Below are positions 1-13,127 of a DNA stretch of 64,000 nt, one piece after another. The stretch lies in the NCBI RefSeq assembly GCF_018350175.1, contig NC_058368.1, forward strand, positions 228,100,001 to 228,164,000. Direction: 5' to 3'. This stretch comes from Felis catus. Its lineage: Eukaryota. Both the position numbers and the translations under genes were made by a program. The stretch's first letter is position 1. Each line of letters begins with the position of its first letter. The notes below the pieces were generated by a model. That model made no database searches and was not told the DNA's origin. It saw only the letters and a list, made by a program, of their open reading frames with translations.

Positions 1-153
1 GATAATTATATTTGGAGATGGTGTTAGTTATTTACTATTCTTATTTACATGTGCTCTGAAATCATACACGTTTGCTTATTTGCCAGTTTTTAAGTTTACC
101 TGTTTATTCATGTGTAAATCATCTCGCTGAGTTTTCACTGGTGTTTTCTTTAG

Positions 154-392
154 AATCAATTTGATAATATCTATCGGAAATACATCACCTATACTGGAGG
201 AGAGGAGCTCTTTGGACTGCCAGTTACTCCGTATCCTCAGCTTCTTGAAATAAAGAAGCAATTAAATCTTCTACAGAAAATATACTCTCTATACAACAGT
301 GTCATAGAAACTGTAAATAGCTATCATGAGATGCTTTGGTCAGAAGTGAATATTGAAAAAATCAACAATGAACTTTCAGAGTTCCAGAACAG
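154..392 (+). CDS. DNAH5: DNAH5 exon ~27 (239 nt)
   Basis: tttag|AAT..AG|gtgag; [23 protein letters not shown]...EFQNR. Confidence 0.93.
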
Positions 393-1133
393 GTGAGAAA
401 TTAAATGTTTAGCATGCCCCGAGCTATTGAATCTTAAATGCTTTCTTCTTTGATAGACTGTCAAGTTCTCTTTTCACTCCCAGATGTTTTGAAAGCACAT
501 CAGGCTGTATTGCTGTTGTCCGTTGACGTCACCCTTGTCAGACGCTATTTATTAATTACCCCTGTGTGTACGTGGTAAGACAAACGCGTCCTTTAAACCT
601 GGATGAATTTTGTCAGGGGCTCTTCTGCATCTTGGAGGGAGCTGCTCTCTCTTTATATTACACTTATCAAACATTTGAAGTTTATGTGAGATGACTTCCT
701 GTAATAAAAGCAAGAGCCCTATGATTTAAGTGTTGAACCCAAAGAAAATACAGGGTCATTTGTTGTGTTTTTTGGTTGTCAGCCTGATACACTCCGCTGT
801 GCTTTGTACTTAGGAGGATCTCAATACATGTTTGTAGAATTGAATTGAATTGGGAGGCACCTCCGTCATTTAAAATAATGCCTTTTTACCTAGCTAAGTG
901 TTACGAGGGAATTGAAAAAACAAAACAAAACACCAAACTTTCCCAATTGGGAGGAGCAGTTTTCTCTAATGTAAAAGTATGTTAGATTAACAGATATCAT
1001 TTGAATCATGAAATTTGAAAGTGTGGTAAGTATTGGAAATGACTGTTTTTTGATAGAATGCTAGTAGACAAGCTTGGAGTGGAGACACTCAGGCTCCTCT
1101 TCGAATGACCATTCACGGTGACTCCCTTTGCAG

Positions 1134-1374
1134 GTGTCGGAAGCTGCCCCGGGCCTTGAAGGACTGGCAGGCTTTCTTGGATCTGAAGAAGACCATTGAT
1201 GATTTCAGTGAGTGTTGCCCACTCCTGGAGCACATGGCCAGTAAGGCCATGATGGACAGGCACTGGGAAAGGATAGCTGCTCTCACTGGCCATAATCTGG
1301 ATGTTGGGAATGAAACTTTTAAGTTAAGAAATATCATGGAGGCACCTCTTCTGAAATACAAAGAAGAAATAGAG
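1134..1374 (+). CDS. DNAH5: DNAH5 exon ~28 (241 nt)
   Basis: tgcag|G..GAG|gtaca; [19 protein letters not shown]...KYKEEIE. Confidence 0.95.
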
Positions 1375-1509
1375 GTACAGTTCATAGGATTACCTGATGT
1401 GGTGGGAGATTGGAAGGTCTCATGGGATTTATTTTGACAGTATTCCTACATTATGGAATGTGGGACCAGTAAACCATACCAGGACAATTAAAACTCTTCT
1501 GGGCATCCA

Positions 1510-2590
1510 GCTATTCATTCCTTCCACACATGTTTACGTGACAGGTTCTGTGTTGAGTGCTGGGGACATACTGATGCTTTCCTTCATTCATAGATCATTA
1601 AATAACTTGCATAGTTAAATAATTACACAAATAAGGGTATAGTTACACAATGTGGTAAATACCATTGAAGTAAAAAGCATCTGTTCTATGACAGCCCATA
1701 GTAATGGGGTTGACCTGTTTGGGGTGATGGGTGGTAAAGGTAGGGAAGTTGAGACACATGCCCATGACTGCTGGGGAGGGAATGTGTGCGTGTGGTGAGG
1801 CTGAGGGACTTGGAAAGGGCAAAGAAGACAATGTCAGGCATGTGGAACAGCATGTGTGAAGGGTCTGAAGTGTGTTTGGGAACCAGAGGGAACACCAGGG
1901 TGGAGAGACCAATGGGGAGTCGTCTGGGAGATATATTTTGAGCAGAGATGACATGGTTAGATTTGCATTTTCTAAAGATCACTGTGGTAACTGTGTGGAG
2001 AAAGGATTGGGGGAGGGCAAGTGAGAATGATGGGAAAACCAACTAGGGGATTATAAGAATATCCCAGACAAGAGACAATGGTGTGTTGGATGAGGGGGCA
2101 GGTAGTGAAGCTGGAGAAGGGAGAAAAGATCAACGAGATCATTAGAAGGTAGAGCCGGGTAGAAGAATCTGGCAAGAGAGGGAACATGGTAGGAGAAACA
2201 ATCTAGGGTAAACCTTAGATTTCCTGCTGAGCGATCAAGGTGGATGATGGTGCTCATCACGGAGATAGGGAATTATTGGAAGGGAATCAGTTGAGTGACA
2301 AAGTGCAAAGAGCTTAATTTGGGGCATGAGTTTGATATTTCACAGAATGTGTTTGGGATTCCCTTCGTTAGATCCAAACACAGAGGCCCAATAGGCAAAT
2401 GGATGGGGGTCTTACCGGGAGATACAAGAGGTTACAGACTGGGTGGGCATAGATGAGCTCATGCAGAGAGGGAGTGCAGCATGAGACGAGAAGAGGCAAG
2501 GATGGGGCTTGAGTAATGGTCCAGGAAAAAGCGTGGCTGCAGAGGAGACTGGGAAAGTGGAGGGAGACCTGGAAGAAGTCAGGTTTCTCT
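1510..2590 (-). mobile_element. Ancient L2 fragment(s)
   Basis: Purine-rich diverged sequence with typical antisense L2 motifs (cattcattc, tttgcattttctaaagatcactgtgg, ccagacaagagacaatggtg). Confidence 0.6.
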
Positions 2591-2699
2591 TCATTTTCTC
2601 CTCTCATACCGCATTGATATGGCTCTAGAGTTAAATCAGAGACACATTAAATTTTGGGTCTTTGATTAGAGTTTCAAAATTTACAAGGTTATCACACAT

Positions 2700-3150
2700 G
2701 TGTTTTTTTTTTTATCCAAATGGAGATATAATTGACATATAACATTGTGTAAGTTGAAGGTATATAACATATTGGTTTGATACATTTATATTGTGGCATG
2801 ATTGCCATTGGAGTGTTAGCTAACACCTGGGTTATGCCACATAATGATCATTTCTTCTAGTGGTGGTAGCAATTAAGCTCTAGTCTATTAGGAAGTTTAA
2901 TATTTATGATACAGTTTTGTTGTCTATTATCACTGTACTGTGTGTTAGATTTCCAACATCTCTTCTCTTCCCCCATCCCTGGCCTCTGGTAACCACCACT
3001 CTACCCTCTGTTTTTTTGAGGGTTCCACATATAAGGGATTCCACATCCAAGGGATAGCATATGGTATTTTTACTTGTCTGACTTATCTCAGCCTAATGCC
3101 CTCAAGGTCTACCCACGTTGTCACAAATGTCAGGATGTCCTTTCTCACGG
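2700..3150 (-). mobile_element. L1 3' end (old L1MA/carnivore type)
   Basis: T-run + gatataattgacatataacattg...ccctggcctctggtaaccaccactcta...ttccacatataag. Confidence 0.7.
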
Positions 3151-3440
3151 TGTTCCGTTGTTGCGTACCTTTTCTGTCATCTTTCTCTCTGGAAGAGTTT
3201 GGTGGGACATTTTACAAACTAAGGTTCTGTTATTTAGTAATACATCTTCATCTCTCTCCCTAAATCTCGATCTATATACATATACACCATTTCTCATATT
3301 GCATTTTAGAGCTGGGCGGGAAAAGTATTTTTAGATACGTATGAAGCAAATAGTGAGGCTAGGACCTCTGCTGAATCTGGACTGTTCACGAAGGACGTGC
3401 GACTTTCATGTGGTAAAGCTAGAGCTTGCAATTTTAATAG

Positions 3441-3640
3441 GACATCTGTATCAGTGCGGTGAAAGAGAGAGACATCGAGCACAAGCTGAAGCAAGTGATG
3501 AACGAGTGGGACAGCAAAACATTCACATTTGGCAGCTTTAAAGCCCGTGGGGAGCTCCTCTTGCGGGGAGACAGCACCTCAGAAATCATCACCAGCATGG
3601 AGGACAGCTTGATGTTGCTAGGCTCTCTACTGAGCAACAG
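3441..3640 (+). CDS. DNAH5: DNAH5 exon ~29 (200 nt)
   Basis: aatag|GAC..AG|gtagg; [17 protein letters not shown]...LLSNR. Confidence 0.95.
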
Positions 3641-5286
3641 GTAGGAAGTCCGTCCATCTTTCCCCTGAGATGTGGGAACCACCGCAACAAACGTTTTAAG
3701 GGAAATTAATATTAAACAATGCAGCAATGGCCCCCATACAATTTATTTAACATTAAAAATCCGTGTTTTAATTTTAGCCCTTGGCACAGCATGTGTAATG
3801 CTGTTTTTATTTCATTATCCTCTACTGTGGGATGTGTCTGAGACCATCAACTGGACAAAATAATGCAACATGTAATTAGCCACTTGGATCTTGCGGAACA
3901 TTTCAACTTTGCAGCTGACAAGCCTCACCGCACAGCTGACAGCTTGACAGGCTCCGGAGTCCAGGGGAAATTAGGCTGAGCTTCAGAATAACCGTTCTAC
4001 TTGGGAAATCGTTGTGCCAACATCTGTGGACTAGAAACTCTTAGTTGTGTACATACTTTAATGAGATGACAGATTAAGATAGAGAGTGAATTTAATTCAT
4101 AAAGAGAAATAAAACAGCACAGACCGATACGAGTCTAACACTTCTGTTTGACAGTTAACTGCAAAACCATCATGCTTTGGATGCACATGCCTTAGACTCA
4201 TGAGCTTAACATTTCCTTGGTTCCTTGCTTCCCTTTGCTCCTCCTGAAATAATTTTTTGTTCACCAGGATCTTCTCAGATATGTAATAATTGTGTAGCAT
4301 GTGGGTATCATTGAGATACGAGTTTGCTGCATTCTGTCTTTCGAACGTCAGTCTCTTCTGTGTGTATATGTATATGAATAAGTTTAATGTAGGGATTAAT
4401 AACCACTTAATACTGTTTGATAAAAATTTCTCTTCTTCGCTTTTGCTTGGTACACCCAAGTGTTTGAAGTGAGTAATATGGGATATAAAATTCGGTCTTA
4501 GAGATTTAGACCATTGGTAACCTTGACTCTGAAGTACTTAGGATTTGGTGAGTTTGAATGAATTTAGTTGCTATTCATACCCAAATAAATGAAGGACAGA
4601 TGGAAAATAACACATCCTAGGGAGGTAGATAATGAACACATACAAATTAAGTAAAAATTACTATGTTAGGGATGGGGAAACTGTCCTTACCGATGGCAGT
4701 GAATCCACAGATGAGAGTTGTGTGAGCAACACGTATTCAGTACAAATTTATTGAACACCTACTATGTGACATACACTTTTCTAGGTGCTATGGACAGAAG
4801 AGCAAATCAAACAGTGTTCTCTGTTGCTATGGAACCGCATTGTAGTGAAAAGCGTAAATTAAAAAAAAAAACCCAGAAAGATGTGGAATATTAAAACAGT
4901 CTGTTTCACAATTAGGACTGTGGGAATGAAAATTTTATTAATGAATATGACTAATATTTGAGAAAGATTTAAGTCCATAGTCTGTTGGAATGGAGGGATC
5001 CCTAAGGGCAAAGAAAAAGGAAAAACAGTGACGGGGAGTACAATTATTAGAATTTTGTCTGCAAATAATAGAAGCACCTCGTGAAACATTGCCTGCACAA
5101 AACTGAAGTTTATGCGGCTCTCACGTAAAAGAAGTTCCAAGGTTGATGGTTCAGGGTAGAGAGCAGGCTCCACCTCATCATCAGGGACCTAAGCTTTATC
5201 AGGCTCACCCTTCTGTCTTTTCCAGGGGTGGCCCTTCCCCTTACTTCCCCTTCCATACAATGCTGCCACCCACTTCTTACCCAAGA

Positions 5287-5689
5287 GAGTGGTCCTCACT
5301 TGGCTGTTTACTGGACGCCTGGGGAACTTAAATCCCAGTGCCTGGGCCACATCTCACACTGATTGAATTGGAGTCTTTTGGGGGTGGGACCCAGGCAGGC
5401 CTGAGTAGGGTTTTTTTTTTTTAATGTTTATTTATTTTTGACAGAGAGAGTGACAGAGCATGAGTGGGGGAGGGTCAGAGAGAGAGGGAGACACAGAATC
5501 GGAAGCAGGCTCCAGGCTCCGAGCTGTCAGCACAGAGCTCCGCGTGGGGCTCGATCTCACAAACCGCGAGATCATGACCTGAGCCGAAGTCGGATGCTCA
5601 ACCGACTGAGCCACCCCAGTGCCCAGGCCCAAGTAGTTTTTAATGTCTGCTGGATGTCCCCAAAGTGCAGCCAAGGTTGGGAGCTACTG
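5287..5689. mobile_element. MER5A1-like hAT-Charlie MITE split by a SINE
   Basis: agtggtcctcacttggctg...gggggtgggacccaggc / gtgcagccaaggttgggagctactg. Confidence 0.65.
5411..5624 (-). mobile_element. Carnivore tRNA-derived SINE (SINEC)
   Basis: polyT, (GA)n and reverse complement of the gggcac..gtggctcagtcggttgagc head. Confidence 0.9.
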
Positions 5690-6379
5690 ATGTGGAACTT
5701 AGTCCCGGCCCTGCCCTTTGCTCCAGAGGAGGCTGGGAAATTCAGTATTTTAACTGGGCACTTACGTTTCCAGGTAGAAATGGGGTCCTGTATCTAAAGA
5801 GAAAAGGAAAAAAAACACTGGAAGGCCATGATCCGTTTCTCTCTCAAGAATGAAAAAGGGAAGATAGATTAACTATAGGAGAGACTAAAGAGTGACTATC
5901 AGAGTATTACACGTAGACATGCATGAGCCCTAACACACATACACACACAAGCACACGCACATGCACACACACACAGACACATGCGAGTGGGTGGTTTTGA
6001 GTGGCTGGGGAGTTGGAAAGAGACCCAGAAAGGGGGAGGCTAGAGAGAGATTGCAGTTATTAACATGTTTGAAAATTGAATTGGTTGTTTGATCCCCACC
6101 AGTGTCTCTGTAATTGCCCCATAGTATGTGAGAAACCAGAGAGAGTCCCTGGAGTAGACACCAAAGGTCAGCAGAGAGACTATTACTCGCTTTGCTGTAG
6201 CAACAATGACCCCAATTTTATTACTCTAGCAGTTGTGTGGAATCAAGTCTAATGCCTGATCTGCTTCTCAGATGACACATCTCCCACCTGTTTATGCTCT
6301 GGATCAAAACAGGAAAAGTCGAACAATGTCCAGTAAATGATGATGATTTAGTCACTTGGTAGCATCATTAAAAAAAAAT

Positions 6380-6389
6380 AAGTTTATTT

Positions 6390-6433
<44 letters not shown>

Positions 6434-6591
6434 GTGAGAAAGAATCGTGGAGGGGCAGAGAGAATCCCAAGCAGGCTCTGCACTGTTAGCCCAGAGCCCG
6501 ACGCGGGGCTCAAGCCCATGAACCGTGAGGTCATGACCTGAGCTGAAATTAAGGGCTAGATGCTGACCTGACTGAGCCTCCCGGGTGCCCC
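6380..6591 (-). mobile_element. SINEC with expanded (GA)n
   Basis: SINEC body; TSD-like gtagcatcatt on both sides. Confidence 0.85.
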
Positions 6592-6749
6592 AAGTAGCAT
6601 CATTTTCAAAACCAGCACAACATAATCCCAGTTGTAAAGAAACAGGTAAAAATTAGGATTAAATAAAATCTTTTAGTTTGAAAACAACAACAATAAAAAA
6701 GAAAACACCAAAAAAGCCTCCCAAATGCTGACTGTATTTTTCATTTTAG

Positions 6750-6903
6750 GTACAATATGCCGTTCAAGGCCCAGATCCAAAAATGGGTGCAGTACCTTTC
6801 CAACTCAACAGACATCATTGAGAGCTGGATGATGGTGCAGAACTTGTGGATTTACTTAGAAGCTGTCTTTGTGGGAGGAGATATTGCCAAGCAGCTTCCC
6901 AAG
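6750..6903 (+). CDS. DNAH5: DNAH5 exon ~30 (154 nt)
   Basis: tttag|G..AAG|gtttc; [12 protein letters not shown]...[23 protein letters not shown] (linker motif). Confidence 0.95.
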
Positions 6904-8392
6904 GTTTCAGAATTTTCCTTATGGTTTCATCAGGGTTTTAACTCAGAGAATTCTCTAATAACTAATGATTCCTTCAAAAATGCAATAATATTTCAATTTC
7001 TCTGGAGCCACACCCTCCCCAACGTTTTTGTTGTTGTTGCTGAACTGTTTTATAAGGAGAGAGCGATTGTGGAAAAGTAAGGGTGTGAAGGCTACAAAAC
7101 CGTGTGGTTTTGTGGGAAACAGAGGGTTAAAAAAAGAAAAGGAATGTCTGCATAATTGATACACTTTAGGTAATTTGAAGGTAGAATTTGGGAGCAGTGC
7201 GGAATTATGGCGTAGTTATCTCGACAATGGCAGGATAATTTGTTCTGTTACTACTGACAGTTTAAAACAACTCACGCTATATAATTCACCCAATTATATC
7301 TGTACTGGAAAACTGGGGGGGTGGAAACAGGCAGAAAAAAAAAAAACTCCAGAACAAAAAGGCCCTCTTCTCAAGACTGTGGAACATGTTTTTTTCTCAT
7401 CAAATTGAATCATCTTATGGGGAATATGGAGTGTAGTATTTTGAAATTTTTATCAAAAACATTTTTCTTACCAAATCTCAAGGATTCTTATTCAACTACC
7501 TTACATCGTTTGCAAAATTATAATGTTTTAATGATATATTTGAGTTTCAGAAACACGGTTGTGTTGAGTGTCTTTTTTGCTCAGTCTTCCTAGCTGTCCC
7601 TGTGGTGAGTTTTCAGTTTCATTACAGAGGATGGGTCTGTTAGCCGATGTATTTTTCGCCTACCGGTGGAATGTATCCACACACTGAAACTTTAAGTGTT
7701 TATTTACTTATTTCTTTATTTCTGCTTTTATATTTGGGCATGTTTTTCTTCTTGCTGGGCGGTGGGGAATCTCAAATTGGATGTAATACTGGCAACTTTC
7801 ACATTCAATATTCAAGGAGCTCGGTGGGGTCTCTTGCTCTCATATTTGATAGTACATGCTTATTGGTAAAGTACAGAAAGTTTTAGGGAAGAAGGAAAAC
7901 CTTATTTCTATTCTCTCAAAGTCCTCTGCGCATTTTCAATTTTTTTCCTGAAAAAAAAATCTGTGTTTAAAAATTTCACAGTATTAGGGTTTAATTAGTT
8001 TTGTATCTTATTTTTAAATGTTTTCATTTCTAAATATACAAACAATTCAGTGCTCAGTGTAGAAAACTTGAAAAACATAAAATTCACTTCATTTAGGGAT
8101 AACTGGCAAAAACACTTGGGAGTGCTTTTCTCTTCCAAGCTGTCTCATATTGTATTTTCATTTCTGTGTCTGTCTTCTGCTTTCAGTTAACATAATGGGG
8201 GGACCTTATTTAAGAAAGGGGGTGGGATGGTGCAAAAGGAGAATCGAAATAGAACATGTGTGACATTTTAGGCATGTAAAGTTGGGATATCCAGACTGGG
8301 GAGAAATCTGGCCTCAGCAGAAGGTATGTGAGATGCGCTTTCCTTGAGATCACAGATGTGTCCAAGTGGGCTTTGTTACCTCGCTCTTGTAG

Positions 8393-8556
8393 GAAGCCAA
8401 GCGCTTTTCCAACATCGATAAATCTTGGGTGAAGATTATGACTCGGGCTCATGAAATGCCAAATGTGGTTCAGTGTTGTGTTGGAGATGAGACCATGGGG
8501 CAGCTATTACCGCACTTGCTGGACCAGTTGGAAATGTGCCAGAAATCCCTCACTGG
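8393..8556 (+). CDS. DNAH5: DNAH5 exon ~31 (164 nt)
   Basis: tgtag|GAA..GG|gtaag; [16 protein letters not shown]...CQKSLTG. Confidence 0.95.
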
Positions 8557-9129
8557 GTAAGTTTACTGGCTCTGTGAAGGCCCCCTTAGCGTCCTAGAGA
8601 TGAAAGGGATCAGAGGGACTAGACAGCATTAGCCATATTGATTTTCTTTTGCTAAAACGTAATTCGTGTCTGATGTTGTTGCATAGATAAAACCGGTAGC
8701 TTGGGGTCTCATATTATCTCCAAGCCCTTGCTGGATTTGTTCTGATGTTGGAATAATAGGACTCAGGGCTTCTTCCATCCACTGGGACAAAGTCTTGCAA
8801 ATTCTCATATAGTCCTTGCCTTTTAAAACGGATACAGCTACTTTTCTGGTTTTCTTCTTGGATAAGCATCAACCAAGAACAATATGAACAGTGTAATGGA
8901 CACAAGTAGTCAAGATTATACAGAAACAAGAGCCTCATATGTCTATCAGTGTATACACACACACACACACACGTGCACACACACACGTGTATAGGAGGCG
9001 GGGTGAATTCCAAGAGTAACATATATCTTTCTTTTCTTTCCCTTTGGCTAATCAAGATAAATCATGTAAGCAGAAGTATGTTGAATAGTAGTGAATATTC
9101 CAAAAACAGTTAACGACACATGGTTTTCT

Positions 9130-9423
9130 GTATTTTTTATTTTTATTGAGATATAATTGACATACAGCATTACATTAATTTCAGGTATGCAACATAGTGG
9201 TTTGAGATTTGTATATATTGCAAAGTGATGACCACCATAAGTCTAGCTAACGTCCATCGTAATGTGCATAGTTACAAACTATTTTTCTTGTAATGAGAAC
9301 TTTCAAGATCTACTTTCTTAGCAGCTTTCAAATATGAAATAGAGTATTTTCAACTATAGTCACCATGTTGTAAAATATATCCCCATGACTTATTTATATT
9401 ATAGCTGGAATATACATGCTTTT
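9130..9423 (-). mobile_element. L1 3' end (old)
   Basis: ttttattgagatataattgacatac...agatctactttcttagcagctttcaaata. Confidence 0.7.
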
Positions 9424-9438
9424 AAATATCTCCTCTTT

Positions 9439-9690
9439 CTCTTTCACTCTTATGTGGATCCTGAGAAACTTAACAGAAGACCATGGGGAAGAGGGAGGGG
9501 GAAAAAAGTTACAGAGAGGGAAGGAGGCAAACCATAAGAGACTCTTAAAAACTGAGAATAAACTGAGGGTTGATGGGGGGGTGGAAGGGAGGGGAAAGTG
9601 GGTGATGGGCATTGAGGAGGGCACCTGTTGGGATGAGCACTGGGTGTTGTATGGAAACCAATGTGACAATAAATTTCATATTAAAAAAAT
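9439..9690 (+). mobile_element. 5'-truncated felid L1 3'UTR
   Basis: tcactcttatgtggatcctgagaaac...gatgagcactgggtgttgtatgg...aataaa + A-tail; TSD aaatatctcctcttt/aagtatctccccttt. Confidence 0.8.
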
Positions 9691-9710
9691 AAGTATCTCC
9701 CCTTTAACCA

Positions 9711-9735
9711 TTTTTTTAAAATTATTTTTTACTTT

Positions 9736-9784
<49 letters not shown>

Positions 9785-9946
9785 ATGAGCAGGGGAGAGG
9801 GGCGGGGGGGGGGGTGGTGGGAATCCCAGCAAGCTCCACATTCAGCACAGATCCTGGCACGGGGCTGGATACCCTGACCCCGGGATCATGACCTGTGCTA
9901 CAATCAAGAGTTGGACACTTAATTGGCTGAGCTACCCAGGTGTCCC
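9711..9946 (-). mobile_element. SINEC with long (GA)n
   Basis: SINEC head at right end, (GA)~20. Confidence 0.8.
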
Positions 9947-10015
9947 TAAATTTCCCCCCTTCAATCTTAGAATAGTCAGTATGTATGGAGAAATTTAGGA
10001 TAAACTGTTGGTTAT

Positions 10016-10679
10016 GTACTGGTCAGAGTTCTCTAGAGAAATAGAATCAGTAGGGTGTGTATACACATGGTTGGGGGTGGAGAGAGAGAGAGAGAGAAGA
10101 AGAGAGAGAGAGACTGAGGGAGAGAGATGTGATGGAGGAGACTGGCAAGTTCAAATCTACAGGGAAGGCTGGCAGCCTGGAGACACAGGGATGACCTGCT
10201 TCAGTTAAAGCCCAAAGGCGGTCTGCTGGCAGAATTCCTTCTTCTAGGGGCTGTCAGTCTTTTTTTCTTTAGGCTTTTGCCTGATTGGTTGAGGCCCACC
10301 CACATTATGCAGGATAATCTGCTTTATTCAAAGTCTTCCGATTAAATGTTAATCTTAGCTAAAAATACCTTTACACTGGGGTGCCTGGTGGCTCAGTCGG
10401 TTAAGCATCTGACTCTTGGTTTTGGCTCAGGTCATGATCTCACGGTTCGTGGGTTCGAGCCCCGTGTCAGGCTCTGCAGCTGGCAGCATGGAGCCTGCTT
10501 GGACTTCTCTCTCTTCCTCTCTCTTTCTGCCCCTCCCCTGCTCACCCTCTCTCTGTCTCTCTCAAAATAAGTAAGTAAACTTTAAAATGAAAACCTTCAC
10601 AGAAACATCTGGAACAAAGTTTGACCAGATACGTGGGTACCGTGGCCCAGCCAAGTTGACACATAAAATTCCCTGTCAC
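10016..10679 (-). mobile_element. MLT2-like (ERVL) LTR split by a SINE
   Basis: tgtactggtcagagttctctagagaaatagaa...ggcccagccaagttgacacataaaatt..tcac. Confidence 0.75.
10378..10590 (+). mobile_element. SINEC
   Basis: ggggtgcctggtggctcagtcggttaagc...(CT)n, A-rich tail. Confidence 0.88.
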
Positions 10680-12159
10680 GATCATCTGTAGTCACGAGTG
10701 GGAGCAGCATCAGGAATGCTAATTGTGCTGAGATGTACATTGACTCTGCCATGCCACATATCCTGAGCTTTTAACTCCAACTAAGTGATGATGTCTCCTT
10801 GGCTAACTCTGGGAGATGGATGCCCCCTCCCCATACCAACCCCCCCATGTTCTCACGACCTACAACAGTACCTATAACACCACCTGTGACTAGGCAGCTG
10901 TCTTGTGCACTGAGCAACCCAGGGCACCTAAGCCAGGCTGTGCTCAGAGTCACGGGTGGGGGTTAAAATTCTGAGCCTCAAATGGCACTTTGGAAGGATC
11001 TCTGTGAAGCAAGTAGAGGTGTTGCTTAAACTTGAACCAAAAACGTGACTGAGCTGAAAACAGAAGAAACACCTGTATGGTAACATGTAAGGGAGGGGGC
11101 TTACTTACTTATGCTTGGCTGGTTAAGTGGCTTTCGAGGTGGCTGCTGGAAAATAATAAAGTAATGAGAAAATTAAGGTGAAAGGAAAGGATAAAAACCA
11201 AAGATGGTAAACTTGTCTCAAAAAGAAGCTATAAATGGACCTCAGATTCAGAGGCCAAAGGCTTTTTTCCCAGGGACAAAGGAAAGAGTGATGTACGATT
11301 AGGTATAGCATTCATACGATGCATAAAATGAAAGGTTCCTGTTGCTCGGGAAAACAACATTTTTTTTGTTTGTTTGTTTTAAATTGACACCTTGGACGAT
11401 ACTCTATTGTGCATTCTCTATAATGGGAACACTCAGCAGAATCCTCACCTACTTGCTTTACCCCAGTGTGAGTCAAGTGGGAGACATTATGATCGAATGG
11501 CTTGATCCAGGGAAGTTGCGATGGGCTGCCTGCACACTCTTCAGGAACTCCTTCATGAATATCACTGGTTTATCCAAGTTAATAGAGGATCTGGGGCAGT
11601 GTGAAATGTGAGGGATGTTAAGCCCTGACAAGAATCTAGGTGATAGACCATTGGCGCTGCTGGTTAAAGACAAACCCATAGACTTTGGTGTTCAGCTGGG
11701 AGGGTGATGAAGTTGGCATGCTTTTAGGAAAGTTGAAGAGCCTAAACAAGACCATGCCTAGATGGATGTCTACCCCACTACATGTGGAGGCAGGTTCAGT
11801 AGGAGGTGGAACTAGGGCTGAGATTTTCCTTGGCAAATATTTGCAAGTTTAATCTAGGTGATGGGCATCCCAATAGCTTATGCCATGGGCCTATGCTAAT
11901 ACTTTTCCTTTAGAAAATTGTCCTGTGAAGACATTATTAATCACGAAGATCATAGGCAATTAAAGCATCGGTAAAGCACCCTTTAAATGTTAACTTTAAA
12001 GCAAAACCATTTGCAAGCAAATCCTTCAAAATAACTTTTTAGAAAAATAGGTTTTCAGGTATGAATGATTTGATATGTTTCATAAAATTATTGAATCAAG
12101 TCAAGTAACTGTTGAAGGACATTTGACAAAAGAAGAATTTTTATAAAAAAGAAAGAAGA

Positions 12160-12375
12160 GAGAGGGAAATAAACCGTAAGAGATTCTTAAAGATAGAGAA
12201 CAAACAGGGTTGATGGAGGGAGGTGGATGGGGGATGGGCTAGATGGGTGATGGGTCCTGAGGAGGGCACTTGTTATAATGAGCCCTGGGTGTTGTATGTA
12301 AGTGATGAATCACTGAATTCTACTCCTGAAACCAATATTGCACTGAATGTTAGCTAACTAGAATTTAAAGAAAAA
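12160..12375 (+). mobile_element. Carnivore L1 3'UTR fragment
   Basis: gatgggctagatgggtgatggg...gtaagtgatgaatcactgaattctactcctgaaacc. Confidence 0.75.
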
Positions 12376-12380
12376 TGTGA

Positions 12381-12783
12381 GGGGCGCCTGGGTGTCTCAT
12401 TCGGTTAGGCGTCCAAATCTTGATTTCAAGTCAGGTGGTGATCTCACGGTTTGTGAGATCGAACCCTGTGTGCAGCTCTGTGCTGACACTTTGGAGCCTG
12501 CTTGGTGTTTTCTCTCTCTCTCTCTCTCTCTCTGCCCCTCCCCCCCTTGTGTTATCTCTTCTCAAAATAAATAAGCATTTAAAAAATTTGATCAGTCGAT
12601 TAAGCGTTTGACTTCAGCTCAGGTTATGACCTTGTAGTTGGTGAGTTCAAGCCCTGTGTTGGGCTCTGTGCTGACAGCTCAGAGCCTGGAGCCTGCTTCA
12701 GATTCTGTGTGTCCCTCTCTCTGCCTCTCCCCTGATCACACCCTCTTTCTCTCTCAAAATAAATAAATACACATTAAAAAAAA
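12381..12783 (+). mobile_element. Two tandem SINECs (12381-12587; ~12593-12783)
   Basis: Two heads, CT tracts and A tails placed directly after the L1 tail. Confidence 0.85.
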
Positions 12784-12933
12784 GAACAAGGAATAAGGAA
12801 TTCTTTTCTCAATAAAGAATAAAGATCAAGCTTCTACAAATAAGATGGATTGGGATATTTAAAATAAAACTAGCCTATTTAAAGTAAGGAAAATAAAAAG
12901 CTAAAAACAAACAACATAAAACACTATGAGCAC

Positions 12934-13127
12934 AGGGGCGCATGGGCGGCTCAGTCGGTTAAGCATCTGACTTCGGCTCAGGTCGTGATCTCCAGGTGTG
13001 TGAGTTCGAGCCCTGCGTCAGCACAGAGCCCGGAGCCTGCTTCGGATTCTGTCTCCGTGTCTCTCTGCCCCTTTCCCAGTCATGCTCTGTCTCTCCCTCT
13101 CTCAAAAGTAAGTAAATGTTCAAAAAA
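12934..13127 (+). mobile_element. SINEC
   Basis: ggggcgcatgggcggctcagtcggttaagc. Confidence 0.88.

Noticed and set aside
524..531. Full CRE palindromes TGACGTCA (also in exon 46 and near 51767)
   Set aside because: Isolated 8-mers with no promoter context, and one is constrained by coding.
9416..9877. Longest ORF in the track (153 aa)
   Set aside because: A chance frame running through an L1 3'UTR and a SINE (GA)n tract.
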